Of a stretch of DNA of 26,876 nucleotides, positions 18,101 through 26,800 are shown piece by piece. The position numbers and the translations under genes are program-made. The stretch comes from a virus (taxonomy: Duplodnaviria > Caudoviricetes): positions 1 to 26,876 of the IMG/VR virus record IMGVR_UViG_3300030389_004728; one strand, 5' to 3'. The notes under the pieces are model-generated. The model searched no databases, was not told where the DNA came from, and saw nothing but the letters and a program-made list of their open reading frames with translations. How positions within the stretch are numbered: the first letter of the stretch is position 1; each line of letters opens with the position of its first letter.

Positions 18101-19197
18101 CAGATTATGAAAGACCAGTAAGATGGAAGAAACAAACTGCTGATAGAATTATCGATGGAGAGAAAATACCAAAAGATAGGAATTTAAATACTGGACAATT
18201 ATATCCAGCAACCAATATTATTGCACCAGTTGGTGCTAATGATACTGCCTTTAGTGTTCAGGATGTAGTATCATTTGGTGGTATTGATGATTTACCTGGA
18301 ACTAATAGCTCAATCAAAATAATTAGTCAAGATGGATCAAAAGTTGCTGAAGCAACAGCTACCATAAACGCAACAAATAAAGAAGTTACTCAAATTACTG
18401 TGACAAATGCTGGTTTTGGATACACAACTGCTCCAAAAGTTTCTATTGAACCACCAACTGAATTGTTCTCATATCAAGTATCTGGCGTTGGAACTGAAAA
18501 ATATTTTGATAAAACAAGTAACAGAGCAACAGCAACTGCTACTATAGACTCCGATGGAACTGTTACAGGAATTACTGTTACAAGTCCTGGTGTAGGTTAT
18601 ACGTTTACTCCTTTAGTTAGTATTGAATTACCAAAATCAATAGAGGAATCATTTTCAAACATTGCTTACAATGGTGATAGAGGTACAATTATTGGAATTG
18701 GAACCACAGATAAGGGAAGCAATTCTGGAATAACTACTGAAGATTCTCCTGCATTGATTTTTGATTTACACACAACTCAACAATTACCAGGTGCACCTTC
18801 TACTAGATCTGGAATTGTTACTGGTCAATATATTGTAATTAAGGGAACAACCTTTGGTGATGGTATAGTATCAATTGGAACTCATACTAGTAAAATTGTT
18901 TCTGTTGGAAATTCTTTTGCTGATAACGTATATCAGGTCGGTCATTACGTAGATGTAGGTGCTGGTTCAACTATTAGAAGAATTACTTGTAATATAAACA
19001 CAGCATTATCTGGAATCAATACAAATGCTGGAATTGGAACAACAGTTGGTGTTATTGGTAATTATAGTTGGGGAACTATTTCAATACCAGGAATTAGAAG
19101 TGGAAATGAATTTGAATTTTATAATCAAAATGGTGTTTTAGGTATTGAGACTTCTGCTCATATTCGTAGAACACGTCAACTAAAATCGGTTTATTAA
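6127..19197 (+). CDS. g7: Giant baseplate wedge initiator gp7-like protein (4356 aa) with many inserted domains
   Basis: Lies between gp6 and gp8; AKDFYRSKGT..SLEILFKVLFG and LHDNDYYQKFSYALRS...HIAGYKNF motifs; repeated HGFxxG(E/D) and GxGYxxxP modules. Confidence 0.85.
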   Translation: MIGTSTATKVKITNILDSQILDFIQEENPDFKDFLNQYYVSEEHEFGSTYLSDNISSLKDIASTSNNILNVRINNILAADPSRSYDSSISAFDDEIPVTTTEGYPDQYGLLKIDDEIITYTGKTPTSFTGCIRGFSAISSIEKSEYLTFSDTDSAEHLTNLQINVDNNGNTIVEEYEVTVESKDETHPYWQSEYTSGVSPNGYLLDGNQAPPLTLLPGHTYRFDQSHISNSQHPIKFYLEADKTTLYENGVTYNGTPGDSGAYTQIAVDYGTPTVLYYMCTNHGYMGHAAQVNQDGGRPVLNLSSIFVNEFYRKHKSQFLPGFEGRNFVNQVNVENILTRAKDFYRSKGTDTSLEILFKVLFGKSVVIEKPFENTIGSSDSEWVVTDNMIVDVIEGDPFKLISTKIFQGTFDDPTADGTISNIQEVFLGSKKYYKLSFDKSAHFGSFNIGAKTKVTERLPGRNITGLDSVTINVDSTIGFSGSNTSGGSFIYKHGNEFLVAEYQSKSENQFFECTGIVGEGLAENSDIIDDTMIFGYEDGDPEKVCTMRITGTLSKPSKNVVNSKYASVGEKIRVNYLGEKKSGPKFDTWLYNHSSTFDIQGVEFDDETKKTNTFITKNPNNFLYKGCKVDVVRFDWAGVGSGNTVGFGKTVADDPGYGAFSIIKEDAEILDIDPENGNITINGETGGLIDNRRIHRIKKKLSYVDPSLTKNGSSEGELPDNLLTNIQNTYVDDDGNTYVSFTGFPSYNLDTTKRSIKSDSYDANQIFITKTDHGFLNGEEVFFNQSPVTKTVVTKDIKTTVIRPSGITTTLQENIPHSESISSGIGLTDNQGNEILERRYFVSDQGSDKMKLAVTLDALNNSNFITFNLPQSSSGVSTGITTSIDITTASNLTLQANDSNNVILYPDDDGVSTTGAYIVNSGTGSGSTGGFIINDSDGNPTTYLSFAGANAADGSRSAVLKKTNSMAFDKVKLYAKVGNDENGGEKPDGLTGSGNENLTLQYVIGSAELTVPPTGDPFIDIGAIIPELSSNPDDLLYNDGSLKTFEIDLPSEARNENTFFRLIQFGNSGPGYDHYGVQKIEFLVEGGEVGIATTTTIETTFNSVSSGIVTSKFTPFELYQNTLKNQNSFKRILKTPEIRQSENILNGAVGVQLNGVEIHSPVLKEYICYGQIDDVVITNPGKNYDVVSPPNISTIDANGSGAKLHGHFSGNISEIVVTDPGFNYEDTPSVTVTGGNIKSSGNPVVGKAYMRGSIHSFSFNDYVNNTYYVIKEDDAIVHTDRPHKFENGEEVVYTTTGTPIGIGSTQVGFTTTMLTSGATYFIRKNSDFSFSLTIRKSDAIAGINTIDLIPDNYTDGNGNTIEYQYGSGLHTLTSRKIRKIIDRISISDEGGKYQNRKVLVDSTYDVKESTDGEIVTTNVENIYPPLDPKNNLTRFTGINIYDNYIFAKNHGFSEGDFIEYKCNSFGDRIVGLNTITQYRVNKISNDKFKLADIGNEEINHAIGCSFSRTLRLTSHTYTDGATSWQMVDDANTDNGFVGIQLRNLIVGSKYKISITVDKNAALDPPGGFNHRVLSQGIESTKTIFSHWEDDGTGTNTAPTGVLTGEFIALTENEDEFIFYANNITVNVSNFKVELIENTNSKKYDEKIYVDLGSVGVGTHTFKYQDITVNIKGNVNTGDSSLTIPSYYNAIAYPVVLGSLDNVFIQNGGGGFGTQSIFNYNISPELQLDSGKGAELNLNISNGKILSVGIGISGSGYTSPPTLNVVGLGTTSGKYAKLRANVSNGNITSVTVIDGGKDYPDNTKETVVNVVPTGVDCRLKANVHKWNLNAVKRYKTILGDTTFKDTTQVTSRVKLQNKIVTFYAGIDYRKTLNDNITTDNNEQSGDALTHSPILGWAYDGNPIYGPYGYKNPISGANEISKIKSGYRLNVITDPSLRPQSSEMEDGYFSEDYQYQPIDNTHLDRFNGRFGITPDYPNGTYAYFVTKVSNNSEYQFPYTTLMHKNKTDSVNYDINFQQTNEIINSGDYKRNVLPLGLDEQFREYSPLLEPLTTNHQFKVTSCLPGKINDITTFESGQNYKVGDSINLNDSSVDAFVGEISGKEIIKVESVELTVNNLNFSVKDNIITASSDTLHNFSNNDFVDISGITSSLYYGIQGIQKIGIDSTTSFVSVAIANTDGSGGTGLSTFISLDAPASSGKFKVNDVIQINNEKLLILGLDKFNNQYAVSRVHDNSTGSAHSVDSTVTRLEKSFTFKVPGKKIKDTNIDEEKIAYIDVTNSIGIGASYTSVIVGTAGSSNITKSIPPRAIYIPDHNFKNGDKVSLVSIGGTIIASPNASLTPDFNLSTFNPLYCVKINNNYIGLSTQKVGFLTSYVYYKSVETNDLFGKNVKIKTNNNILTGNAKRTNGLVTLGTSHNISTNDTIRLNISPNRTEKVKFNFNKHFRVLTIGAGTTTDLGIVPTLSTIKIDNHGLETGDGVVYDVGIGLTPAGGLEINKIYYAIKITDDTIKLAETYKKATNSNYESIGITTSGIDTINHTLSKVNPKIEITKGNKLEIDVSDFKIDNEQTLDINFYNSNNFKNKIGSDFIEKVGEIGESGSLINIKTEDTQLEKLYYKVESNLILDNFINTDIKDNSLINIVQSKFNKLQTVSGVGSTTITFNSTVGSAETTSYSSYETSGFSTATYSTNSRNEEGSISKIDIINFGKNTNEIPSVISIGTTTGVNGVISILSDNIAKIEDTEVIFQGWEFPINKSLKPKADTYAVLDLKNTLTLKSIGISTGGINYTTPPKVIGVGNDNITTKTTIDGNSVSLVDIISNDSGLEETLKIVPTFNSNGVGVISATSSNKNLTLDLKAPLGGFTGGNPFSVGDEIFVENVQIKLIEEGIGAGTTTLAGYNSSDYDYQFFKVIAVSDGSASANPSVTYSISGLTTATEAGNFDGRYLFGRVIKASNLASFDPEFINVTYVDGEVITIGNGNASAVVSENGWNPKSKTLKVTNVVGDISKGDEIIGSVNSQKAKISDFNVYDFNLDVDVFAESLGFWKSDKNKPNFNYERLHDNDYYQKFSYALRSEVDLDTWKEPVNSLGHIAGYKNFSDYEIVSDTYVGISTKPKTDILFKVEIDSFASVHEQFDYDFVSEEETLGTEIAREVNFKNKKLTDYIEARTNKVLMIDDISNQFTGFSTVTGQLVGLTTFAIKSNGKNLLHQVFNPTDLSVGQSDILLLDHGFIDGEELEYTPDTGSIGIVTTTAPGIAETSILPSKVFANVKNNNIFSLVIKSSETAVGSAVTFYSVTGIGTQHTLSVNSREASIRSLITVDNVIQSPLGKKLTVLGLSTSVGIGSTQIFLNDISKVSGNSLLKINDELLYTGLVGIGFTNSVNVTRGYMGTVAAAHTVGNGVTELYGDYRISKGNIYFSDAPYGPAGIGSLTTRSSFSGRVFFRKNDIAEGRVASMNRIIDDISDDFDGTTKLFTIRENGSLLPVGIDTYGGAILVNNIFQKPFLGDVGSIRASDYRLQAPVGGGTTIQFLANPDIASDTTDIPRGGRINEFLVGVGSGYQVPTRALAYANIGAGGTIASVSISTHGQGYISSPRVSIGVSYANYTHKFIEALPNSISPNSGSDKTPTFAEYDSFTGDLLLVIPNHGLTTSNTIQIVTNSLFFTCSRDGYKKEKSYPRTTDPAYNANLNIESATTNTIIVNVGAGAGVGAAFTSVVSAAGTITAINVVNPGTGYTATKDNPFIIIDEPTPYKDMPLIGGSGSGAKMDVVVGTGGSIIDFNIADRGTGYEIGDNLSLHGLPVQVGIGTSAFNITVKSRYQDKFSGFTFGELIEIDDFSQFFNGFKRTFLLTRTKEEKEYFSIVAKEGSGIILQNNLLVFVNDILQKPGIDYEFEGGTRFKFTEAPKAGSNFKLYFYKGSETDVEVIEVDETIKPGDTLTLDKFVEGKRVNDPSTPDLDEGQLDFFQYPVQDPRVIYEITSATVVDTQTYTGPGISDDADYERPVRWKKQTADRIIDGEKIPKDRNLNTGQLYPATNIIAPVGANDTAFSVQDVVSFGGIDDLPGTNSSIKIISQDGSKVAEATATINATNKEVTQITVTNAGFGYTTAPKVSIEPPTELFSYQVSGVGTEKYFDKTSNRATATATIDSDGTVTGITVTSPGVGYTFTPLVSIELPKSIEESFSNIAYNGDRGTIIGIGTTDKGSNSGITTEDSPALIFDLHTTQQLPGAPSTRSGIVTGQYIVIKGTTFGDGIVSIGTHTSKIVSVGNSFADNVYQVGHYVDVGAGSTIRRITCNINTALSGINTNAGIGTTVGVIGNYSWGTISIPGIRSGNEFEFYNQNGVLGIETSAHIRRTRQLKSVY

Positions 19198-19204
19198 TTT
19201 CGAG

Positions 19205-19212
19205 TATAAATA
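19205..19212 (+). promoter_or_regulatory. T4 late promoter TATAAATA
   Basis: Exact gp55-type consensus in the 45-nt gap between gp7 and gp8. Confidence 0.75.
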
Positions 19213-19242
19213 ATCAAAAATGAAACTGACTACTAAAAGAAA

Positions 19243-20880
19243 ATGCCAGCAATAATAACAGATCAATTTAGAATAGGGAATGCTGAAACTTTTATTCAGA
19301 GTTTTTCTGGTATCGGCACTACATCATACTACTATGCTTTTTTAGCACATCCAGAACCAAATCAATCTTCAACAGATGGTGGAAGTAAACCACTTAAAAA
19401 TTATAGAACTGTAACAACTGGAAATGAACCTATTGCTCCAAAAGATTCTTTCGAGCAAGAAAACTCATACCATGATAGTATGTTATTTGCAAAAAGAATA
19501 ACAGCTTCTGATGTAAGAAGAGTCATACCAAACAGAGTTTGGACTGCTGGAGAAAGTTATGATATGTATAAACATAATATTGATATTGATAACGTAGCAA
19601 GCGTAAATGGTGCTACAAATTTATATGATTCTAAATTTTATGTTATAACTGATGAATTTAAAGTTTATATTTGCATTAATAACGGATCTAAACCAGATAC
19701 TGCAGGAGTTATGACGGTTGAGAAATCTACGAGTCAACCAACACACGTAGATTTATCCCCTCGTCCAGCTGGAGATGGAAGTGATGGTTACTTGTGGAAG
19801 TACTTATACACAATAAAACCAGCAGATGTAATCAAATTTGCAACGGATGATTTTATTCCAGTTCCAGAATCATGGGGTGACAGTAACACTATTGATGTCA
19901 AAAACGCTGCTGTTGATGGAAAAATAGAAACAATATTAGTAACAAACGCTGGTCAAAATTATTCATATGAAAATGAGATTAGTGGAATTGATGGTACGAG
20001 TAACACAGTTATTCCAAATGTTCCAATATATGGTGATGGTGAGGGTGGAACTGCATCAGTCACCATAGCTGGAGGATTTGTCACTTCAGTTGATGTATCA
20101 AATGGTGGAAGTGGTTATACGTGTGCTCATCTTGAATTAAATAGTGCATCTGTTAAAACAGGTAAAGTTAATTTACCTCCAAATTCACCTAATGAGGCAA
20201 AATTTGAAGTTATAATACCACCACAGGGTGGTCATGGAGCAGATATATACAGAGAGTTGGGAGCTTATAGAGTTCTTATACACTCTAAATTTGATGATAC
20301 AAAGGATGATTTACCAGATTACATTACATCAAATAATTTTTCCAGAGTTGGTATTATCAAAAATCCAATCAAACAAGATGCAACTGGATCATCTTCAGTT
20401 CTAATAGATACTACAACTGCAACAACTCTTGGAGCAATAAAATTACTAGGTGATAACACTCTAACTAAATATCCAATAAATTCCTACATATATCAAGACA
20501 TATCAGATTCTGAAAAAGCGGTTGGTTTAGTTGCTTCATATGATAAACTTACTAATATTTTAAGATATTATCAACCAGTTGGTTTATCAACATTATCTAG
20601 TTCTGGTAATAGATTGTTAGATTTTGCTTCTGTAAGTGGAACTAAAATTGAGGGAGGATCAAATAATAGCGGAGATAGCGTTGCTACTCCATTAGAAGTA
20701 GATACTTCTTTTAATCTTTCTAATGTTGGTGATGTGAATGTTGGTGTTTCTTTTGTTAATGGAATAGCAAAACCAGAAATTAAAAAATATTCTGGAGAAG
20801 TTATCTATATTGATAACCGTAATAAAGTTACAAGATCTTCTACTCAAAAAGAAGAAATTAAAATCGTAATAGAGTTTTAA
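19243..20880 (+). CDS. g8: Baseplate wedge subunit gp8
   Basis: MPAIITDQFRI start, FKVYICINNG, DGYLWKYLYTI, PPQGGHGAD..RELGA and the ending YSGEVIYIDNR...QKEEIKIVIEF. Confidence 0.92.
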   Translation: MPAIITDQFRIGNAETFIQSFSGIGTTSYYYAFLAHPEPNQSSTDGGSKPLKNYRTVTTGNEPIAPKDSFEQENSYHDSMLFAKRITASDVRRVIPNRVWTAGESYDMYKHNIDIDNVASVNGATNLYDSKFYVITDEFKVYICINNGSKPDTAGVMTVEKSTSQPTHVDLSPRPAGDGSDGYLWKYLYTIKPADVIKFATDDFIPVPESWGDSNTIDVKNAAVDGKIETILVTNAGQNYSYENEISGIDGTSNTVIPNVPIYGDGEGGTASVTIAGGFVTSVDVSNGGSGYTCAHLELNSASVKTGKVNLPPNSPNEAKFEVIIPPQGGHGADIYRELGAYRVLIHSKFDDTKDDLPDYITSNNFSRVGIIKNPIKQDATGSSSVLIDTTTATTLGAIKLLGDNTLTKYPINSYIYQDISDSEKAVGLVASYDKLTNILRYYQPVGLSTLSSSGNRLLDFASVSGTKIEGGSNNSGDSVATPLEVDTSFNLSNVGDVNVGVSFVNGIAKPEIKKYSGEVIYIDNRNKVTRSSTQKEEIKIVIEF

Positions 20881-20883
20881 AAA

Positions 20884-23800
20884 ATGTCCCAAGTCACAAA
20901 CTTAAATATAGCACCTTACTATGATGATTTTGACGCAAGTAAAAATTATAGAAAGGTTTTATTTAAACCAGGATATCCAATACAATCTAGAGAATTAACT
21001 ACTTTACAGTCAATTCTTCATGAACAAATTGAAAAATTTGGACAACATTTTTTCAAAGAAGGTTCAATGGTTATTCCTGGTGGAACCATTGTTGATTTAA
21101 GTTATTTTGCTGTTAGAATAGATCCCTTTTTCCTTAATGTGCCAGTAAAAGAGTATACAAAATATTTGGCAGATAATAAAATAGAAATACAAGGTGAAAT
21201 ATCTGGAGTTAAAGCGACTGTAGTTAATAGAATTACTGATATTGAATCTATAGATCAATTTGATACTTTATATTTAAAATATACAGCATCTGGTGATGAT
21301 GGAGTAACTAAAAAATTTTTAGATGGAGAAAATTTAATTACTTTATCTGACATTGAATATTCAAACACCCGAATAACTGCAAATAGCACTTTTGCAAGAA
21401 CAATTATATCAGATTCAGTTAAAACAGGTTCATCAGCATCAATAAGTGAAGGAATTTTCTTTATCAGGGGATATTTTGTACAAGTTCCATCTTCAACTGT
21501 AATTTTAGATCAATACACAAATCAACCAAGTTACAAAGTTGGATTAACAATTAAAGAAGAATTAGTGTCTGCTTCATCATTAAATTCAGATTTATTTGAT
21601 AATGCAAAGGGATACTCAAATGAAACTGCTCCTGGTGCAGATAGATTCAAAATATCCGCAGTATTATCTAAAAAATTATTAACAGATAATGATGATTCTG
21701 ATTTTGTAGAATTAATTCGTATTGAAGACGGTATTACAAAAGAGCAAGTTAAAAAAACAGAATACAATGTATTTAAAGATGAATTAGCTAGAAGAACTTA
21801 TGATGAATCTGGTGATTATTATATCGAACCATTTTCAGTTGATATTAGAGAAACATTAAACAATCGAATTGCAAATAGAGGATTATATTTCTCCAACCAA
21901 ATTACTCAAAATGGAAATACTCCATCTGATAATTTATTCACACTTCAAATATCTGAAGGAAAAGCATATGTTCGTGGATACGAAATTGAAAAAACATCAA
22001 CAACATCAATTGATTTACCAAAACCAAGAACAACAAAATCAATAGATGACGTTACACTTCCAATTAAAATTGGAAATATCGTTGTGGTAAATAATATTTT
22101 TGGAACTCCGCAGATTGGTTTTAGTACATTTGTACATTTATTAGACAAAAGACTTACAGCAGCACAACAAAGAGACCTAACTGGAAATAAAATTGGAAAA
22201 GCAAGAGTTTATGACTTTAATCAATATACAGGAACAAACTATCAATTAAGATTATTTGATATTGAGACTTTTACAAAAGTTTCATTAGCATCAACAAGTT
22301 CTGCTGTTGTTGGAGATCATATAGAGGGTAAATTTAGTGGTTCTGCTGGATTTGTCAATGAACAAACAGGAACTGGATCTGTTTTAACTTTAACTGATGT
22401 AAGTGGAGAGTTTCAAATAAATGAACCAATTCTTGTAAATGGAATTGAAGTTGGAAGTAATATTGGAACTGTTAGTGATTTTGAATTTACTGATATAAAA
22501 GCGATTCATAGTGATAGAGGAATTGAACTTACTGGTGTCGGTGCTACTAGTTTTGCTGCTGATTTAGAATTAAGTCATGGTAAACAGGTATTTCAGACAG
22601 GTGCAGAGTTTCAGATTACTGCAGAACATGCTGGTATTTCAACAGTAACAGGACCTTCTGTTTCAGATTTTAGATCACTAATTAAAGTTGGTGATATTAT
22701 TAGTTATAGTTCAGGTGCAAACCTTACAAATAATGTTCCTACTTTTAACCAAGTAGTTAATGTTGGATCAAGTAATTTTACAATTTCTGGTATTGCGACT
22801 GTTACTGGTATATGTGATGGTGGAGGAGTTGTTGCTTCTGGTGGTGCTTCACCAACTGATATTGTGGTTCGTGTTCCATTTTTAAGTAAAGGAAGTAATC
22901 CTGGATTTTTAATTCCATTTAAAGAAGATAATATTGCATCTTTAAATCTTTTAGATAGTAATTATATAACAAGAAAAATATTTAAAGTAAATGCGAGTGG
23001 AGAGCAAGCAGTTTTAGAACTTTCATCTCATGGTGATAATTTATTTTTTGAACCGTTTTCAATATCAAATTATGTTGTAACAGAAGATAGTACTGGAAAT
23101 AGAATAACATTAAGGGAACCACAATTTGAATTTAGTAATAACAATCGCACTCTAAAAATCAATTCACTTGGAGTAACAGGAAATGTTACTGTGACTGCTA
23201 CTGTTAAAAGAACTAAATTTGCATCTATTGCAAAAAGTATAACTCGCTGTTCAAGTTTAATAATCAACAGATCAAATGATACTTCTTCTGGTGTCACAAC
23301 AACAACTCTGAATGATGGTTTAACTTTTAGTAAAGTTTATGGTACAAGAGTTCAGGATGAAGAGATATCTTTAGATGTTCCTGAAATACATCGAATTTTA
23401 GGTATTTTTGAATCTGATGATAATAATGATCCAAATGAACCATTCTTCGTAGTATCTTCACAATCAGAGGGATTTATGAATAACGTAATTGTTGGTGAAC
23501 AAATAATTGGAGGAGAATCTGGTGCTGTTGCCCGTGTAACTGATGTTACAAATGATACTAAAATAAAATTTGTATATGAAAATGATAAAACATTTGAAGT
23601 TGATGAATTAATAACTCTACAAATTTCAGGTATTATTGCAACTATTTCTAAATTAAACGCTGGTGATGCGAGTATTATTGATAATTTTATTTTAGATAAT
23701 GGTCAAAGAAAAGAATTTGCTGATTATGGAAGAATAATTCGAGAAAAAAATGCAACTATACCAAATAGAAGAATAAAAATTATATTTGATCACTATAGTC

Positions 23801-26800
23801 GAAGCGGAATTACTACTAATGGTACTGTAGAATCAATTAATAGTTATAATACTTTAGATTATTCTAATGAAATTCCAACCATTGATGGAAAAAGAGCATC
23901 TGATGTTATTGATTTAAGACCAAGAGTTGCACCATATGATACATCTAGTACAAAATCTCCATTTGAATTTGGTAGTAGAGATTTTAGTGCATCTGAAACT
24001 GAATCATTAGTTTCTAATCAAAGTGTTGTTGTTGATTATTCTTACTATTTGGGTAGAATTGATAGATTATACTTAACAAAAGATGGACTTTTTGATGTAG
24101 ATGAGGGAACACCTTCAAGATTTCCAAAACCACCAGAAAAAAATCCAGAAGCGTTTGAAATTGGTACAATAACTTTACCACCATATCTCTTAGATGCATC
24201 AACCGATACAAGAACTGCATTAAAATCTCATAAGAGATATACAATGAAAGATATAAATGGTTTAGAACATAGAATAAAAACACTTGAAGAATATACAACA
24301 TTATCTCTTCTAGAAACAGATACTAAAAATCTTTCAATTAAAGATCCAAATACAGGACTTGATAAATTTAAATCTGGATTTTTTGTAGACAATTTTACAA
24401 GTCATAAAAAATCTAGTATGAATCGAGGAGAAAGAAATTTTGATATTGATAGGGAAACTGGTGAATGTAGACCAAAATCAACAGAAAGAACTGTTAGTCT
24501 TAAAATTGAAACAAAATCTTCAAAAGCAGATCCAGTTAATGCTGACTATGCATGGATAACAGACTTCCAAGATTCAAATATTACACGAAATGCTCAAGGT
24601 CTAACTTTAAAATATGATGAAGTAGAATTTGTAAATCAACCCTTTGCAACTAGGGTTGAGAACCTAAACCCCTACCATATTGCTCTATATGCTGGTAGTG
24701 TCGCTCTAGAACCATCAGTTGACTATTGGATAGAAGAAATTCCTTTAGGCACTCCTGAAGTCTTTGAGGATACCTCTGCGTGGGATGCGATGGCTGATAT
24801 GTATGGATTGGAAGATCGTGAAAATGGTGGAATGGCATCAAGTTTCTGGAACTCTCATGAAGTAACATGGAGTGGAAGAGAAGAATTAATTAAAACAGAA
24901 CGTCTCAATGTTAAGAGAACGGTAAATGTTAATACAGAAAACCAACCTATAGACGGAGGTGTAAGAAGAATTACAACCACAACCACTAACACTAAATTTG
25001 ATGAAAAAAGAACCTTTAAAGAAGAGGGTGAAGAAAGAGAGTTTGGAATTGAAGTTACTCCCGAATATCAAACAATTAATTTAGGTAAAAAGGTTATAGG
25101 AACAGAAATTATCTATAACTGTAGGTCAAGAAATATTGAAGTCACTTCTACAAGATTAAAACCAAATACAAAATTCTATGTTTTTATGGATAACGTAGAT
25201 ATTACATCATATTGTGTTCCTAAACTTTTACAAGTTTCGATGACAAGAGGAACATTTACAACTGGTGATATTGTAGAAAGTTCTATAGAGGTAACTAATC
25301 TTCGTGGTTTCGCTGAAGTTCCAGACATAATGTTCAGAGTTGCAGCAGAAAATCACAAAACAGGACCTTTTAATGCTCCAACAGAGACATATAAGAATGA
25401 CCCTTATACAAAATCTGCTTTATCTGGTAGCTATTCTAGTAGTAGCACTATTTTAAATATAGATACTGCTGGATTATCATTAGAAGTAGAACCAGATCAG
25501 TTAGGATGGGTTAGAAAGGGAATGACTCTATCATCACAAAACGGAAATGCAGAAGCAGATATTAGTGATCTTTCTCTAGTTACTGATGAAAAAGGAGCAT
25601 TGACATTCTCATTACATATACCTGATCCAAAAGTTCAAAGTAATCCTAAATTTACTACTGGAACTAATACTATTAGATTGACCACTAGTCCTACTAATGC
25701 AAGTAAATTAGATCCTGGTGAGTGTTCTGCAGAAGCAACATATAAAGCATCTGGAATTGCAGAAATAACTCAAGAACAAATTTTATCAATCAAGGGAGCA
25801 AATATTGAAAGAAAACAAATTGGAGATCCAAGAATTGTTTCTAGAATCACAGAAGATATTAGAGCTAAAGAAGAATCAACACAAAGAAGAGAAGAAGATA
25901 CTGACTGGTATGATCCATTAGCACAATCATTTTTAGTAGAATCAAAATACCAAGATGGTATTTTTGTGACTGGTGGTAATTTATACTTTAAAACTAAAGA
26001 TGATAATGTTCCTGTTACCGTTCAAATCAGAACTATGAGAGACGGATCTCCTACAACAACTATAGTTCCATTTGGTGAAATGAATATTGATCCAGATGAT
26101 GTTAAATTATCAGATGATAGTAGTGTCCCTACACCTTTCAAATTCCCAACTCCTGTTTACTTAAAATCTGGAAAAGAGTATGCATTAGTTTTAATTGCAC
26201 CAACAGAAAAGTATAATCATTTTATAACTCGCATGGGTGAGGAAGATCTTATTTTAGAAGCAATAAGTAATCAACAACCATATTTGGGATCTTTATTTAA
26301 ATCACAAAACCAATCAACTTGGACACCAAGTCAATTTGAAGATTTAAAATTTACCTTAAATAAAGCAAAATTTGTAACTAATACACCATCAAGTTTCATA
26401 TTCTATAATAATAAATTAAATTTTGGTCAAATTAGAAAGAAAAATCCAGTAACCGCATATTCTAAAACACAAAGAATTTCAATTAAAGGTGCAGCTACAC
26501 CAACATTTGTTAAAGGAAATGAAATAACACAAACAGTTGCATCTGTAACTCATACTGGTCGAATTGTATCAATTGGTTCTTCTGTTACAGAGAGTGCATC
26601 TGGATTAACTTTTGAAGGAAACACTGGTATTGGACTTACATCTTTAGGAAGTGGAGCAGCAGGAATTGCTACGTATATTGGTATTGGTGCAAGTTCAGTA
26701 ACAGGAATTGGAACTGGACTTGAAGCAACTATTAAAGTTCAAGATAGTTCTGTCAATACAATTATTGTCACAAATGGAGGAACAGGTTATCAGGTTGGAG

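Noticed and set aside
6127-19197. Intein, intron or diversity-generating retroelement target in gp7
   Set aside because: No intein splice-junction or LAGLIDADG/HNH motifs, the frame is uninterrupted, and there is no reverse transcriptase or template/variable repeat pair visible.
1764-25071. All other short - strand ORFs and the nested + strand ORFs at 6614 and 7439
   Set aside because: They lie within long, recognisable + strand genes; they are shadow frames caused by codon bias.
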